Of a stretch of DNA of 64,000 nt, positions 1 to 11,600 are shown in pieces. Origin of the DNA: Verrucomicrobiota bacterium (GTDB lineage Bacteria; Verrucomicrobiota; Verrucomicrobiia; Limisphaerales; AAA164-E04). Where the stretch lies: contig CP170459.1 of the NCBI GenBank assembly GCA_047947115.1, positions 5,664,001 through 5,728,000 on the forward strand, given 5' to 3'. Position 1 is the first letter of the stretch. Each line of letters starts with the position of its first letter. The notes beneath the pieces were generated by a model. It saw nothing but the letters and a program-made list of their open reading frames with translations, did no database searches and was not told where the DNA came from. A program made the position numbers and the translations under genes.

Positions 1-1
1 G

Positions 2-517
2 ACCATCGCATCCCATCAAGCATACGCCGACCTGACCATGGACAACATCCTGGAAGATATGGAGGGACCTAGCCAACACTTTGAAATCAACACCCTCGAA
101 ACCGGAGTCCTCCTGAACCTCCCCGACAGCTATGTATGGCACCCCCTCCCCGCCCGGGCCCAATGGGCGCCCGCCACCGGAACAGCCATTGCAGACTTCA
201 ATCTCGACGGTCACCTGGACATCTTCCTCAGCCAAAACTGGGACTACGAAAACACCCAATGGGCTCCCATGACATCCGGCAAAGGACTGCTTCTGTCAGG
301 AGACGGCACAGGCCAATGGACCCCCATCAAACCAAATGCATCCGGCATCAACCTCACCGGACAACAAGGCTCTCCCGGCGTCACCGATTTCAACCAGGAC
401 GAAAAACCCGACTTCGTCGTCTACGACACCAAACACGGCATTCGCCTATTCGAAAACCAATCCCCATTCCCTGAAACCAAGCAGGAACTCACACGAAGGC
501 AGAATGACACAAAGTAG
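2..517 (+). CDS. FG-GAP/VCBS-repeat (CRTAC1-like) protein, C-terminal part (5' truncated by window edge)
   Basis: Frame is open from nt 2. Contains integrin-alpha/FG-GAP Ca-binding motifs ADFNLDGHLDIFL, LLSGDGTGQW and TDFNQDEKPDFVV. Confidence 0.75.
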   Translation, partial: TIASHQAYADLTMDNILEDMEGPSQHFEINTLETGVLLNLPDSYVWHPLPARAQWAPATGTAIADFNLDGHLDIFLSQNWDYENTQWAPMTSGKGLLLSGDGTGQWTPIKPNASGINLTGQQGSPGVTDFNQDEKPDFVVYDTKHGIRLFENQSPFPETKQELTRRQNDTK

Positions 518-690
518 TTGTTTTTCTAATAGTGATCCACATTCCATTGAACGACACGGATCACACAATGAACGTAACAGCTGTCCACATTGCAAATTCA
601 TCGAAAAAGTTTCTTCGTGTCTTTCTGCCTTCGTGTGAGATAAAAAAACAGACTATTTATAAACGTATCCGAAATCATCTTCATTCTGTC

Positions 691-720
691 AAAAAAAGAC
701 CGACAGAATTCAGTCTGTCT
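691..720 (-). terminator. Putative intrinsic terminator
   Basis: GACAGA(702-707)/TCTGTC(714-719) hairpin at the stop codon of the minus-strand gene, followed on the minus strand by a T7 tract (691-697). Confidence 0.45.
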
Positions 721-2212
721 ACAAAATATCCTTCGGCACCTCGTTCAGCGTGTAGTAAGCAACAGGATTCCACAATGCTCCATCTGACTTGGAACGCACA
801 CCTTGGAGTTTGAGTTCATGGACATGGCCTATTTGAAGTTTGTCAATTTTGAGGCGGACGCGTTTGCCATCTTCGCTGACGTCTACGCTGACAATCTTGG
901 GAGTGGTTTGGTCAACTTCGGGGCTTCCGTAGCTGCTTTGGTAAATGTAGGTGTAGGTTTGAATGGTGTAGGATTTGGGATCGGTGGCCGTTGTTTTGTC
1001 GACGGGTTCGGTGAAGGTGAGTTCGAATCCGTCTTTGCGGGCTCGCATGGTTTGAATTTCGAAGGGGTTTTTTCCGGTCCAGACCAAGCGTTGGAGAGCA
1101 AAGGGTTTTCCACCGCGAGCTCCCCACCCCCGGTCGGTTCCTCCGACGAACAGGGATCCGTCCGGCGCGAATTCCATGCTGAGGGTTCCGGAATCGAGTC
1201 CGGTCAGGAATGGGAAACAGGCTCCTTGATAGACTCCGTTGACTTGCTCCAGATCAACTCGCATCACCGTACTGTGGGTTTGGTCGCCAACGAGCAATTG
1301 GTCCTCGAAGGGACCAAACTTACCACCGGTTTGATCGCAGACGATCCCGCTCGCGGACTGTCCCATTTTGCCGTAGGGAAAGTAAACAGCAGTTGGCACC
1401 AGTTCGGGAATCTTGGCTGCTTCGATATGCATGCGACTGCCACTGACCGGATCCAGCGGGCGCGGTCCCAGAGCGTCGGTTAGTTGATACCAGGTGTTTC
1501 CGCTGGGGTTCCCCATGAAACCTCCCGGTTTGAGGTGTTTCAGTCCGCAGGTTCCGTTCCAAACTCCCTGGTTGTCGGTGTAAAAGACGTCGCCCAGGGC
1601 ATTCATCCCGATACCGCCGGGGGATCGGATGCCGCTGGCGGTCGGGATCATCCGACCGTCCGGAGTCACACGCAGGCACCAGCCACGGTAATCGATCTCG
1701 CTGGTAAACGAACCAGTGAGGCAGAGCACGATCCAGATGTTTCCTTCTTTGTCGAATTTGGAACTGAAAGCGTATTCGTGGTAGTCGCCGGTGATGCCCC
1801 AGTCATCGTTGACGGTTTCGAACACATCGGCGCGACCGTCATTGTCCAGATCTTTCATGCGCGTCAGTTCGCAGCGTTGCATGCAATACAGCCAATCGTC
1901 CTTCTTCGCCAGTCCGAGCACTTCGTGCAGTCCGCTGGCATAGCGGGTGAATTTCACTTGGGACGGATCGTCCGCCAGCGCATTGTCCACCACGTAGATT
2001 TCACCGAGCCGGGTGGATACTGCGACCTCATCGTTCCCCAACCATTGCAAAGCTCCCGCTTCCAGAACGACTCCGTCGGGCACGGGTAAGGTGAGGGTTT
2101 TATAATAGTCCGACTGTTCTTCGGCATGAGCATCGTGCTTGCCGCAAAGACAGGCAGTGACAAGAGCCAGCAGCCAGGCAGTCTTCCAGATTTGAGTGAT
2201 GTTATGATTCAT
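719..2212 (-). CDS. Exported beta-propeller oxidoreductase-like protein (glucose/sorbosone dehydrogenase-like, PVC type)
   Basis: Signal peptide follows ATG 2212 ([23 protein letters not shown]...AHA). Motifs [26 protein letters not shown]. The frame is open further upstream, to 2506. Confidence 0.7.
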   Translation of the reverse strand: MNHNITQIWKTAWLLALVTACLCGKHDAHAEEQSDYYKTLTLPVPDGVVLEAGALQWLGNDEVAVSTRLGEIYVVDNALADDPSQVKFTRYASGLHEVLGLAKKDDWLYCMQRCELTRMKDLDNDGRADVFETVNDDWGITGDYHEYAFSSKFDKEGNIWIVLCLTGSFTSEIDYRGWCLRVTPDGRMIPTASGIRSPGGIGMNALGDVFYTDNQGVWNGTCGLKHLKPGGFMGNPSGNTWYQLTDALGPRPLDPVSGSRMHIEAAKIPELVPTAVYFPYGKMGQSASGIVCDQTGGKFGPFEDQLLVGDQTHSTVMRVDLEQVNGVYQGACFPFLTGLDSGTLSMEFAPDGSLFVGGTDRGWGARGGKPFALQRLVWTGKNPFEIQTMRARKDGFELTFTEPVDKTTATDPKSYTIQTYTYIYQSSYGSPEVDQTTPKIVSVDVSEDGKRVRLKIDKLQIGHVHELKLQGVRSKSDGALWNPVAYYTLNEVPKDIL

Positions 2213-2502
2213 GACTCGTTTGGGTAAAATTTCAGAAACGTGGTTCAGCTTTTGTTGGATTGGAGGGAATGATTCCACCCAGCCCCATTCTTCTTCCTTG
2301 TGAATATCCATCAGCAAATGACGTGGAACGCGGACAGTCTTGTTTTTTTGCCAGCCTGCAGTGTTCTCATTGCAGTTTGATTGGGATTCGTACATGAAAA
2401 GGTCTGAAGTGGATTCAAGGTGTAACTTGCCCCTCCGTTGCTGGGGGTGCACGCTTCGCTTCGTGTGCTTCGCACCTGGGCGGTTCATCGTATCCGTTTT
2501 CA

Positions 2503-5460
2503 TCACCAGACAATCTCCTGCATGATGTTGGCTTTGCCGTGTGAGAGTTGCACCGGGACCAGAAGTTCCATACCAGTATCATCGGTTTTGATGACGGGTT
2601 GTTCGTCTCCTGAGGTTTCGAATTTCATACGGATTTTCTGATCGACAAGATAAATACCATCTTCTTCCTGAACGATGGAAGCGCCCTTGGCTGCTCGCAT
2701 CCATAAGTTGACGTAGTGAGCCCTGGAATGAAAGGTAAGGTAACGTCGGAAAAAAGAGTCCAGTTCACCGGGCACTGCCACCCAATAGTCCTCGACTTCC
2801 ATGGCCAGGAATTCGTATTTGAACTTCGGTCGACGTTTGGAATCCAGCCAGTAGCCCTTGAATTCATATCCAGCCTCCTTCCCAGACAATTTCGGCCAGG
2901 CCGTGTTTTCGGGGTCTACGGAAAACGCGAAGGGAGGGCCATCGGGCAGTTGAACAAGATTATGACCCAGAGGCGGTTCAAATCCGGCGCCGCGTCCCGA
3001 GCTGTGACGTGCTCCATCGATGAAGGGCCCCTGCCACAGCATGGCCACCCGCATCTGATTGGCATCAAAGGCAAGGTTGGCTTTTTCGGGGTAACCCACA
3101 CCAATCGCACGGGATCCGGCTCCTTCGATAAAGTTTCGGTAGATCGTGGCTTCTCCTTCGGCCACAATTTCTTTCTGCCCCTGAATCAATCCTGTCGGAG
3201 GGTTGTTGTCATCGGCAAGGTTCAGGTAGGACCAGATGGCGTCGATCTGACGTTGGGTGTCACCGTCAAATACGTCGCGGTTCACACTCACCCCTTCTGG
3301 CCAAAAGCTCGGCATTCTTGTTCCGGGACGCAGGGAGGAGGGATCTTTCAGATACCGAACAAACCAATCCTTGTTCAAACGATCGTCGGCAGTGGTCAAA
3401 TCCATTGCAGGTATCCCAAGCGAACCAAATTTCCCAAAAGTGTGACAGGTGATGCAGGCCATCCCCCCCACTCCGACCAATTTACGTCCGTATTTGGCGT
3501 CATCCAGCGAAATAACTTCGTGGGAACCACTCTCAGCCGGCGCGTCTGCTGTGACAAAGGCCTCGGCCAAACCTTTCAAATTAGCGGCACCAAATGACGG
3601 CATGCGGGTGGCCATGTAAGGACGCACCGAAGCTCCCTCATTCAGCACCTTGTTCAGCCATTCGGGCTTGAGTTTGGCTCCTACACCGCTCAAGTTGGGC
3701 GGAAAGCGTCCTTCATCGCCCATGTCCACTTCACCGATCGTTCCAAAAAACTGCTGGCGATAGGTAGTGGGGCCACCCAGTTCCCCCCTTTGATGACAGG
3801 CATAACAATTCATCGCTGTCATCAGTTTTTGCGCCTGACGGGACGGCTCCAGAGGATGCGCCAAGTGATCACGGTGAGCGAGGGTTGTCAGGATGGCATT
3901 CCGTTCGGCTTCAGTGAGGTCATAAAACGCAGCGCCGACGGAGGGATTTGACGACAAACAACCCCCATCCGCATCCGCAACCAGTTCAGCAAACGGTTTC
4001 GCTGCGAACGCATCAATAGCGGTGGCGCTGGCATCTGCAATATTGTGACAGGAACCGCAACCCAGCTTGGCAAACCACGCCTTGCCTTGGGACGCCTTGG
4101 TTTTGTCCACCGCAAACTCTCCGCCTCCCACTGGAACCATCGGCTGTCCTAGATGCGAAAACCAGTCGGCTGGGATCGGTTGTTTATCCAGACTGGGACC
4201 CTCAATATATACGCTCAACCCGGCCGGTCCGCCGTGATTGAAGTAAGTCACTTTCAACGAATGATCCCCTGCTTTGAGTCGAACTTTGCCGTTGCGCTCG
4301 GTCATGCCATGGTCACCGTCGTTGTTGACCACCAGATCGGAACCGACATACAAACGGGAACCATCATCCGAATTGGTGAAAAAAGTATATTCTCCGTCAG
4401 CGGGAATGGAGACATACCCGGAGAACACCAGGGCGATCTGTTCCTGTCTTTTTTTCAAGGCATCCGAGATTTCGTGCGTGATGCCGCTGGAGACAAAGTG
4501 AGTGGAAGCTCGTTGGGAGTCTGGCGCGCTGCCGGGAAAGTGTTGAATGAAATCATCCACGAAACCATGTGGATCGGCGGTGAGGGAGCCGAACTCCATG
4601 TAGGCATATTTCAATCCTTTGGCTTTCTTCAGCTCAGAAGCCTCCCCAAAAAGCCCCTTCGCTTGACCGCGCAGCAGGTACATGGCGATGCTGGTCGCTT
4701 CTATGTCGCTCAGATTGAAATGAGGCATTCGCCCGGAAGGACGCGTCTCCAGAGGATTTTTCAGGAAGCGGGCCAGCTCGGAAACCGTCGTTTTGCTGTC
4801 CAGTTTGCCCATGATGACCGAATGGCCCAATGCCGATTCAAATTCACCCGGCACCCGGCTGTCGGGCGGAGGCAGAGAGGGATCTTCCAGTTCATTGGCA
4901 TCCTGATGCGGTTCGTGACAGGCTACACATCCCGTTTCATGAAACAAGCGACGTCCAGCCTGCATGGAAAATGGATCCGCTGCGGCGGGGGTTTCAGTGA
5001 ATTCACCTTGGGCATCCATCAGGTAATGGGTCAAGGCATCCACAATGGCGGCTTTTTCATCAGACTCATAATCACGCAGCAAATCCGGCATGGTCCTTAC
5101 TTGACCGGTGGAAGCCGGATTCATCAATAGGTTACGAACAAATTGAGGCGTTAATCTGATGCCACCCTCGCCCAGGATGGGGCCTTGTTTGGAAGACAAC
5201 CGTGCGATGGTGGCGTCCGTAGCCTGGTGGCAAGCCACGCAGTTCAATTCACCGAGCAGCAATTCCCCCGGATCCACACCTTCTCCAACAGCGAAACCAA
5301 GCATGGTGTGCAGCATATCGCCACGACTCGATTGAGCCTGAGCACAGGTTGAAAATATCAAAAGGCAAACCACCAGCAAGCAGTGCCGGGATCGCCAGGG
5401 GATAACAAATGGGACCTTTGGTAATCGAAAGCGATGTTTCATCTCTGGAATGGCAATCAC
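2503..5460 (-). CDS. Multiheme c-type cytochrome (5 CxxCH) with PA14 domain
   Basis: Heme motifs CVACH, CVACH, CGSCH, CYACH, CITCH, with distal Met motifs (RMP). PA14 signature SDDGSRLYV...[10 protein letters not shown]-terminal signal peptide. Confidence 0.85.
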   Translation of the reverse strand: MIAIPEMKHRFRLPKVPFVIPWRSRHCLLVVCLLIFSTCAQAQSSRGDMLHTMLGFAVGEGVDPGELLLGELNCVACHQATDATIARLSSKQGPILGEGGIRLTPQFVRNLLMNPASTGQVRTMPDLLRDYESDEKAAIVDALTHYLMDAQGEFTETPAAADPFSMQAGRRLFHETGCVACHEPHQDANELEDPSLPPPDSRVPGEFESALGHSVIMGKLDSKTTVSELARFLKNPLETRPSGRMPHFNLSDIEATSIAMYLLRGQAKGLFGEASELKKAKGLKYAYMEFGSLTADPHGFVDDFIQHFPGSAPDSQRASTHFVSSGITHEISDALKKRQEQIALVFSGYVSIPADGEYTFFTNSDDGSRLYVGSDLVVNNDGDHGMTERNGKVRLKAGDHSLKVTYFNHGGPAGLSVYIEGPSLDKQPIPADWFSHLGQPMVPVGGGEFAVDKTKASQGKAWFAKLGCGSCHNIADASATAIDAFAAKPFAELVADADGGCLSSNPSVGAAFYDLTEAERNAILTTLAHRDHLAHPLEPSRQAQKLMTAMNCYACHQRGELGGPTTYRQQFFGTIGEVDMGDEGRFPPNLSGVGAKLKPEWLNKVLNEGASVRPYMATRMPSFGAANLKGLAEAFVTADAPAESGSHEVISLDDAKYGRKLVGVGGMACITCHTFGKFGSLGIPAMDLTTADDRLNKDWFVRYLKDPSSLRPGTRMPSFWPEGVSVNRDVFDGDTQRQIDAIWSYLNLADDNNPPTGLIQGQKEIVAEGEATIYRNFIEGAGSRAIGVGYPEKANLAFDANQMRVAMLWQGPFIDGARHSSGRGAGFEPPLGHNLVQLPDGPPFAFSVDPENTAWPKLSGKEAGYEFKGYWLDSKRRPKFKYEFLAMEVEDYWVAVPGELDSFFRRYLTFHSRAHYVNLWMRAAKGASIVQEEDGIYLVDQKIRMKFETSGDEQPVIKTDDTGMELLVPVQLSHGKANIMQEIVW

Positions 5461-5678
5461 TATGCCGAATCTTTCGGATCAAGCAACGATAATTGCTCCA
5501 AATGGATACGGGCGATTAATTACGAACAAAGGAGTGATTTGTAACGGCGAAGTCACGAGGCAGACGAATGCTTTTTAATTTACTCATTTAGTATGGGTTT
5601 ACTCCACAAACCTTCGTGACTTCATTGTCAAAAATGAGCATTCCACCCCAATGCCCAAGCCAAACATGGGTTCACGGG

Positions 5679-5707
5679 TTGATTTTTCGTTATTCCTGAC
5701 GTAGTTT
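5679..5707 (+). promoter_or_regulatory. Putative sigma70 promoter
   Basis: TTGATT-N17-TAGTTT, ending 10 nt before ATG 5718. Confidence 0.45.
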
Positions 5708-5717
5708 CGGCACCGTC

Positions 5718-7079
5718 ATGAAATCCCTTACAATTCCCCTGCTCGTTCTCTCGTTGGTCATCAACATCTTTATGGGCCTCAAATGGTATCAAGAGTCTCA
5801 ACGAGCGGTCGCACAAGTTGAAGGAACAGCAGCCACATCCGAAAACCAGGCCAGGAACGTCGATCAAAACAAACCGGAAACGATTGATCCTGCAGCGTCA
5901 CCCAATGTGCCTTCCATGACTTTTGACTGGCATCAGGTGGAATCAGAAGATTACCGTGACTACATCGCAAACCTACGTTCCATTGGTTGTCCGGAGGAAA
6001 CCATCCGCGACATTATCAAGGCCGATGTGGACAAGCTCTACAAATCCAAGTCAAAAGAACTGCAACCCGAAACCGAACCTTTCGAATACTGGAAAACCGG
6101 CAACGCCTGGATAGCCGCCATGCAGCCCAACCCGGAATCCATGCAGGCACAAAACGATCTGAACAAAGAAAAACGAAGCGTCCTGAAAACACTGCTTGGC
6201 GAAGATTACGAACCGGAAACCAGCTGGGTGGAATCCATGGTGGCTTTCGATCCATACGAACGCATGCTGGACTCCATTCCTTCCAGCAAACGCGCCTCGA
6301 TCATGGAAATCTATCAGAGCTACGCCCTGAAACAGGCGGAGCTGGTAAAGGGAGGTGCGATGGATCAGGAGGACATGAAAGCATTGGCTGACCTTCAGCG
6401 AGCACGTAATGCCGAGCTGGCAGATCTCCTGTCTCCGGAGGAGTTGCGAGATTTCGAATTAAGGATGTCGGAAACCTCCATGATGCTGCGCTCCCAGATG
6501 AACGGATTTCAACCCACCAAAGAAGAATTCGAACAAATTTTCGACCTGAAGAAGGTCATGGATGACGAATTCGGTTCTTATGGGAGGAGCATGACAAATT
6601 CCGAAGATCGAGAGCGCTATCAGTCAGCGCAGCAAGAGTTCGAGCAAGGCGTCAAATCGGTTTTGGGAGAAGAACGATACGGAGATTACAAAATGTCCCA
6701 GGACTACACATACCAGGGCATCAAAAAAACCGCCGAACGCAACGATATCGATGTCGCCGTTGCCAAAGACCTCTACAACTCCATGAAAACCGCACAGGAA
6801 ACCGCCACCCAAGTGCGCAACAATCAACAACTGGACATGGCTCAAAAACGGGAGATGCTTCAGGGCATCCGATCCGAAACAGAATCTCTCTTTGTGGAAT
6901 CCATTGGCCAGGAAGGATTCGAAGCTTACAAAAAGGAGAATTACGCGCATTGGTTGAATCAAATAGACCGGGGATTCACCGACGAAGCCATCCTGGATGA
7001 GGAGATGATGCGGCGCTACGGACTGGAATCAGCGCCTGCAGCAGCAAACATAGAATCAACTTCCACCTCCGGAGAATAA
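5718..7079 (+). CDS. Hypothetical membrane-anchored alpha-helical protein
   Basis: 453-aa ORF with N-terminal TM anchor, motif WHQVESEDYRDYIANLRSIGCPEETIRDII and repeated L-L-G/S-x-E-x-Y/L helical segments. Confidence 0.8.
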   Translation: MKSLTIPLLVLSLVINIFMGLKWYQESQRAVAQVEGTAATSENQARNVDQNKPETIDPAASPNVPSMTFDWHQVESEDYRDYIANLRSIGCPEETIRDIIKADVDKLYKSKSKELQPETEPFEYWKTGNAWIAAMQPNPESMQAQNDLNKEKRSVLKTLLGEDYEPETSWVESMVAFDPYERMLDSIPSSKRASIMEIYQSYALKQAELVKGGAMDQEDMKALADLQRARNAELADLLSPEELRDFELRMSETSMMLRSQMNGFQPTKEEFEQIFDLKKVMDDEFGSYGRSMTNSEDRERYQSAQQEFEQGVKSVLGEERYGDYKMSQDYTYQGIKKTAERNDIDVAVAKDLYNSMKTAQETATQVRNNQQLDMAQKREMLQGIRSETESLFVESIGQEGFEAYKKENYAHWLNQIDRGFTDEAILDEEMMRRYGLESAPAAANIESTSTSGE

Positions 7080-7174
7080 AAACCAGAGGATCAAATTTGA
7101 GGTAATGGGGCTCGACACAGCATTTGATATGTGGGGGACAGGTTCTGGTATTCCCAATCAAGCGGATTTGCCAT

Positions 7175-8644
7175 TTATCCAAACAACTTCGTCACCGCTT
7201 TGGATTTGACCAGTTCACGGGGTTGGTTGAGGTGGTTGTAAACAATGGTTTCGGGATCGATGCCGAAACCGTGGTAAATGGAAGCCAGCAACTCACCCGG
7301 ATGAACGGGATCGATCAATGGGGCGGAACCCGTTTTGTCCGATTCACCATGCACATAACCACGTTTGGCACCGCCACCAGCAATGACCGAAGTATAACAA
7401 TATGGCCAGTGATCACGTCCGTCATCGCTGTTGCTGTTGCCGGAAGTACTCACACCGCGTTGCGGGCTGCGGCCGAATTCGCCTACCGCCACCACCATAG
7501 TTTCTTCAAGCATACCGCGCTGATCCAGATCCGCGATCAACGCGGACAATCCACCGTCGAGCATCGGTGCGGATTGGTTTTTCATGCGTTGACTGAGATT
7601 GACGTGCACGTCCCATGAATGGTTGTCGGAATTGGCAACCTTGGGCCAGATCACTTCCACCACACGTGTTCCAGCTTCCACCAGTCGGCGGGCCAAAAGG
7701 CAGCTTTGACCAAAAGTGTTGCGTCCGTACCAATCCCGCACAGGAATGGGTTCCTGTTCCAGATCAAAAGCATCCCTGGTTTTACCGGAGACGATCAGAT
7801 TCAAAGCGCGGCTGTAGTATTCGTTCAGATTATAGCTCTCCACCGCTTTCTCAATTTCCGGCATGGCGGCGTTGATGTTGTCGCGCAACTGAGCCCGGCG
7901 CTGAAGACGCAAAGCGAACACGTCGGGGCGCATCTCCAGGTCGTCCACCTTGACGTTGTCCATCTTGCCCATGTTCATGTCGTCGCCTTCAGGGTAGAGA
8001 TAATAGGGATCAAACCCTTTCCCAAGAAAACCGGCCGTGCCGCCCTTGCCCACCACATTGCTCTCCTGCAACGGACGCGGCAGCATCACGAATGGCAGCA
8101 CCGGCTCGGTGGGCGGACGCAATCGGATGATGTTTGAACCAAAGTTTGGAAAATCCTTGGGACTGGGTGGTTCCAATTGACCGGACGGACTGACCTTGTC
8201 GGTGGTGTAACCGGTCATCATCTGGTAAATGGCCGCCGTGTGATTGAACAATCCGTTCGGGGTATAACTCATCGAACGGATCATGGTCATCTTGTCATTG
8301 ATCTTGGCCAGTTTGGGTAACAGCTCCGTAAAATGCACACCAGGGATCTTGGTCGGAATGGTATTGAACACGCTGCGCACATTGTCCGGCACATTCAGTT
8401 TGGGATCCCAGAGGTCCAGATGACTCGGGCCACCTTGAAGATAAACCAAGATAATACTCTTGGCACGTCCCCATCCCGGACCGCCGCTGTGGGCTGCGGT
8501 GCTGGCCTTGGATTGCATCTCTAGCATGGAACCGAGCGAAAGCCCGAGCAGGCCGGAGCCGCCGATTTTGAGCAGGTCACGGCGGGTCATCTTCATGCCG
8601 CCATCGCAAAGGTCGCTGTTGAAGCCTCCTGGTATACTGATCAT
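7175..8644 (-). CDS. DUF1501 domain protein
   Basis: Tat-like TRRDLLK; motifs [42 protein letters not shown]. Confidence 0.9.
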   Translation of the reverse strand: MISIPGGFNSDLCDGGMKMTRRDLLKIGGSGLLGLSLGSMLEMQSKASTAAHSGGPGWGRAKSIILVYLQGGPSHLDLWDPKLNVPDNVRSVFNTIPTKIPGVHFTELLPKLAKINDKMTMIRSMSYTPNGLFNHTAAIYQMMTGYTTDKVSPSGQLEPPSPKDFPNFGSNIIRLRPPTEPVLPFVMLPRPLQESNVVGKGGTAGFLGKGFDPYYLYPEGDDMNMGKMDNVKVDDLEMRPDVFALRLQRRAQLRDNINAAMPEIEKAVESYNLNEYYSRALNLIVSGKTRDAFDLEQEPIPVRDWYGRNTFGQSCLLARRLVEAGTRVVEVIWPKVANSDNHSWDVHVNLSQRMKNQSAPMLDGGLSALIADLDQRGMLEETMVVAVGEFGRSPQRGVSTSGNSNSDDGRDHWPYCYTSVIAGGGAKRGYVHGESDKTGSAPLIDPVHPGELLASIYHGFGIDPETIVYNHLNQPRELVKSKAVTKLFG

Positions 8645-8673
8645 AGGTCGTTGTCTTTCTGGATGAATCTGGT

Positions 8674-11600
8674 TTAGTGATTGAATAAAAAGGATGGATT
8701 ATTGATCAATGCCCAGGCCACATCCTGGGCGGCAGTCAATCTTGAGTGTTTGATTTGTTCCGAACTCAACTCAAATGCCCGACGCAGGCCTTTCAGTGTC
8801 GGATCCATGGGCAACGGTTTGCTGACCAGGTCGAGACGAGCCTTGAGACGAGTCAGTTCGGGATCTTCGGGACGCGGTTTCCTGGTTTCTTCCAACGTTT
8901 TTTCCAACTTGGCAAGCTCGGCATCCCGGGAGCGGTAAAAGGTCTCCAACTCCCTGAATTGATCGTCACTTCGATCACCGGCATCCAACGCAAGTAATGA
9001 TTCAATGGCGGAAGGAATCCCCAAATCTATATGCTCCACGGCATCGGTCAGGGACAAGCGGAACCGGCCGATGGCGTGTTTGTTGCTTTGGTAGTTCTGG
9101 GTCATCCTGACTTCGATCAACACGGATTCACCTGCTGGCAGGGATTCCTTCAATTCAAAAACAGCCACATGATACCGCCCCAACTGAGGAGAAACCGCCC
9201 ACCCATTGTTGCCGCCCTTGTTGCCGTCAACGGCATTGCCAACCGGAAAATTTCCCTGACTGAAATCAGCTTGGGCTTTGTGCAGTTTGAGATCGGTCCA
9301 TTTGGAAGGATTGGATACCGGCGCCCACCGCGCCTCGATTTCGGTCAGCACAAAGTTACCATCATCCGCCCGTCCCGGCCCGTTCTTCGGCAATGATTCA
9401 TCCAGGAGAGTCTCCAAGCGCAGAGCAGTCAACGCCGTCCCGCCGGTCCGGCCCTGAATAGTGTAGATCGTTTGCCCCAGCTTGCCTTCGGCTTTGACGG
9501 ATGCATCTCGTTGAAGCACCAGTTTGGTGTCATTGGAGGCCGTTACGTTCCGAATATCCATGGCCTTCCATTCAACGCTCGATTGAGGGTTCCTCAACCA
9601 GGATTCGAACCCCTGACGCCATTCGGTTTCATGCTGTTTCAAAGCCGCTTCGGCGCTGGCGATTTTCTCCTGCCGATCGGCCTCCAGTTTGGATTCTCTG
9701 GGGGCGATTTCAGCTTCATAGTCACTTACATCCCTCCTGGCTTCGGTGATCCGTTGTTCACGCTCGGCTTCCTGGCGTTTCTGAATAGGGGCATAGTCCT
9801 TTTCGTAATCTGCCAATTGTTGCTCCACGGTGGCGTGGTGATCGGCCACCAGATCGAAAACTTTCATGTTGCGTTCTATTTCAGAGCTTGCTGGAGCGCG
9901 ATTCAAAATGCGCCAATACAACTGCTCCACCACTTTTTCATTACTGGCTTCTTTCTTGACCAACTCGGCGATGGCATTCGCAGAATCGGAGATGGCCTGA
10001 TCCACCGTGGGACCGCTTACCAGGGACAGGATGGAACCCAACTGCAGTTCGCTCGAACGTTCGCATTCGCAGGCACTCTCGCGGACGGGACGCCCCAGGT
10101 TCGCCAAAAATCCATCGTCCAATTTAACCCCCACATCAGGCAACTGCACGGCGCGGGTACCTCTCGGGACTCCGGGAAAGGCAGGATCCGCCCCTGTCAC
10201 AAAATATATGGCGTCATGCAACACTTCGGCAGGAAGTCGCTTGGGCGTGGCATGGGAAAAATTGATGGCGTCATCTTCGTTCCATGCATTGGTCTCGATG
10301 GACAATTGATACACACGTGATTTGCAAATGGTGCGGGTCAGGTGTTGCACATCAAATCCATGGTCCACGAAATCCTGTGTCAACCAATCCAGCAACTCCG
10401 GATTGGAAGGAGGATTGCCGGCTCGAATGTCGTCGAGTGGTTCGATCAAACCCACTCCCATCAAGTAACCCCAGATGCGGTTGACATAACTCTTGGCGAA
10501 ATAATCATTGTCCGGACTGGTCATCCAGGAAGCCAAGGTATCGCGGCGTGTGGCTTCCTCTGATGGCTCGTTGAATGCTGCCTCATAAGGAAAAGCCGGG
10601 GGAGTGGCCTGTCCAGTGCGCAGATGCGTCACTTCTCCTTTGTCCGCTTCGTAAACAACCTCGTATAAAGGTTTGCGACCTTCAACAGCGGTTCCGCCGA
10701 TGAATTGATCCTTGCTTTCAGGATCACCTTTCAATGAAACCCTGGCAAAGTAGGCGGACATTTCATAGTACTGATCCTGAGTCCAACGTTCAAAGGGGTG
10801 GTCATGGCATTTGTTACAATTGAACCGCGTCGCGAGGAAAAGGTGCGTGGTGTTCTCCATGATAGCTTCGGGATCGCGGAGGATTTTGTAATAGGAAGCC
10901 GCCGGATTTTCTTTATTGGAACCGTTTGCGGTCAGGATCTTGCGGGCAAATTGATCGTAAGGAGTGTTGGATTCGATTTCTTTCCGGATCCAGTCCCTGA
11001 ACATCGATGCTCCTTCGGGCCCCAGAAACTTGCGGTTGACCTGCAACAGGTCGGCCCATTTGTTGGTCCAATAATCCACAAAATCCCGGTTCCCCACCAG
11101 ATGATCGATCAAGGCATTCCGTTTTTCCCGGGAAGGCTTCGGGTCATTCAGAAAATCCTGAAGCTGCAGAACCGAGGGAGGCAGTCCGGTCAGGTCCAGA
11201 TACACACGCCGCGCAAATTCAGTATCCGTGCACAAACCGGAAGGCAGGATGCGCATCCGTTTCCATTTGGCGACAGCGGCTTCATCGACCTTGTTGTAGG
11301 TTTCGACATCCACCCACTCAAAACCGGAACGATCTCCCATCACCGTGACGGTCGTTGAAGCATACGCGCCCTCATAACGCGCCAGCATAGGCGCTTCTCC
11401 CCGCCGCACTGAAGAAACCAAACCAAGTTCATCCACGGTGGCAACTTCGGAATTCCCGGTTTCCACGAAAGCCTCACGTGTCACATCACGATGCGAACCA
11501 TCGGGAAAACGTGCCACGACACGCAATTGCTGCAGATCACCAATGGATCGTATGACGGGATTCTGAGGAATGATTTCAATGGAGCTGGCTTTGGGGCTTT

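Noticed and set aside
1021..1030. GTTCGAATCC resembling a tRNA T-loop
   Set aside because: It lies inside a well-supported CDS, with no cloverleaf or acceptor stem.
4153..5130. Long antisense ORFs (also 16928-17881, 47145-48272, 9472-10320 and many others)
   Set aside because: These are shadow frames opposite well-supported genes, with no motifs of their own.
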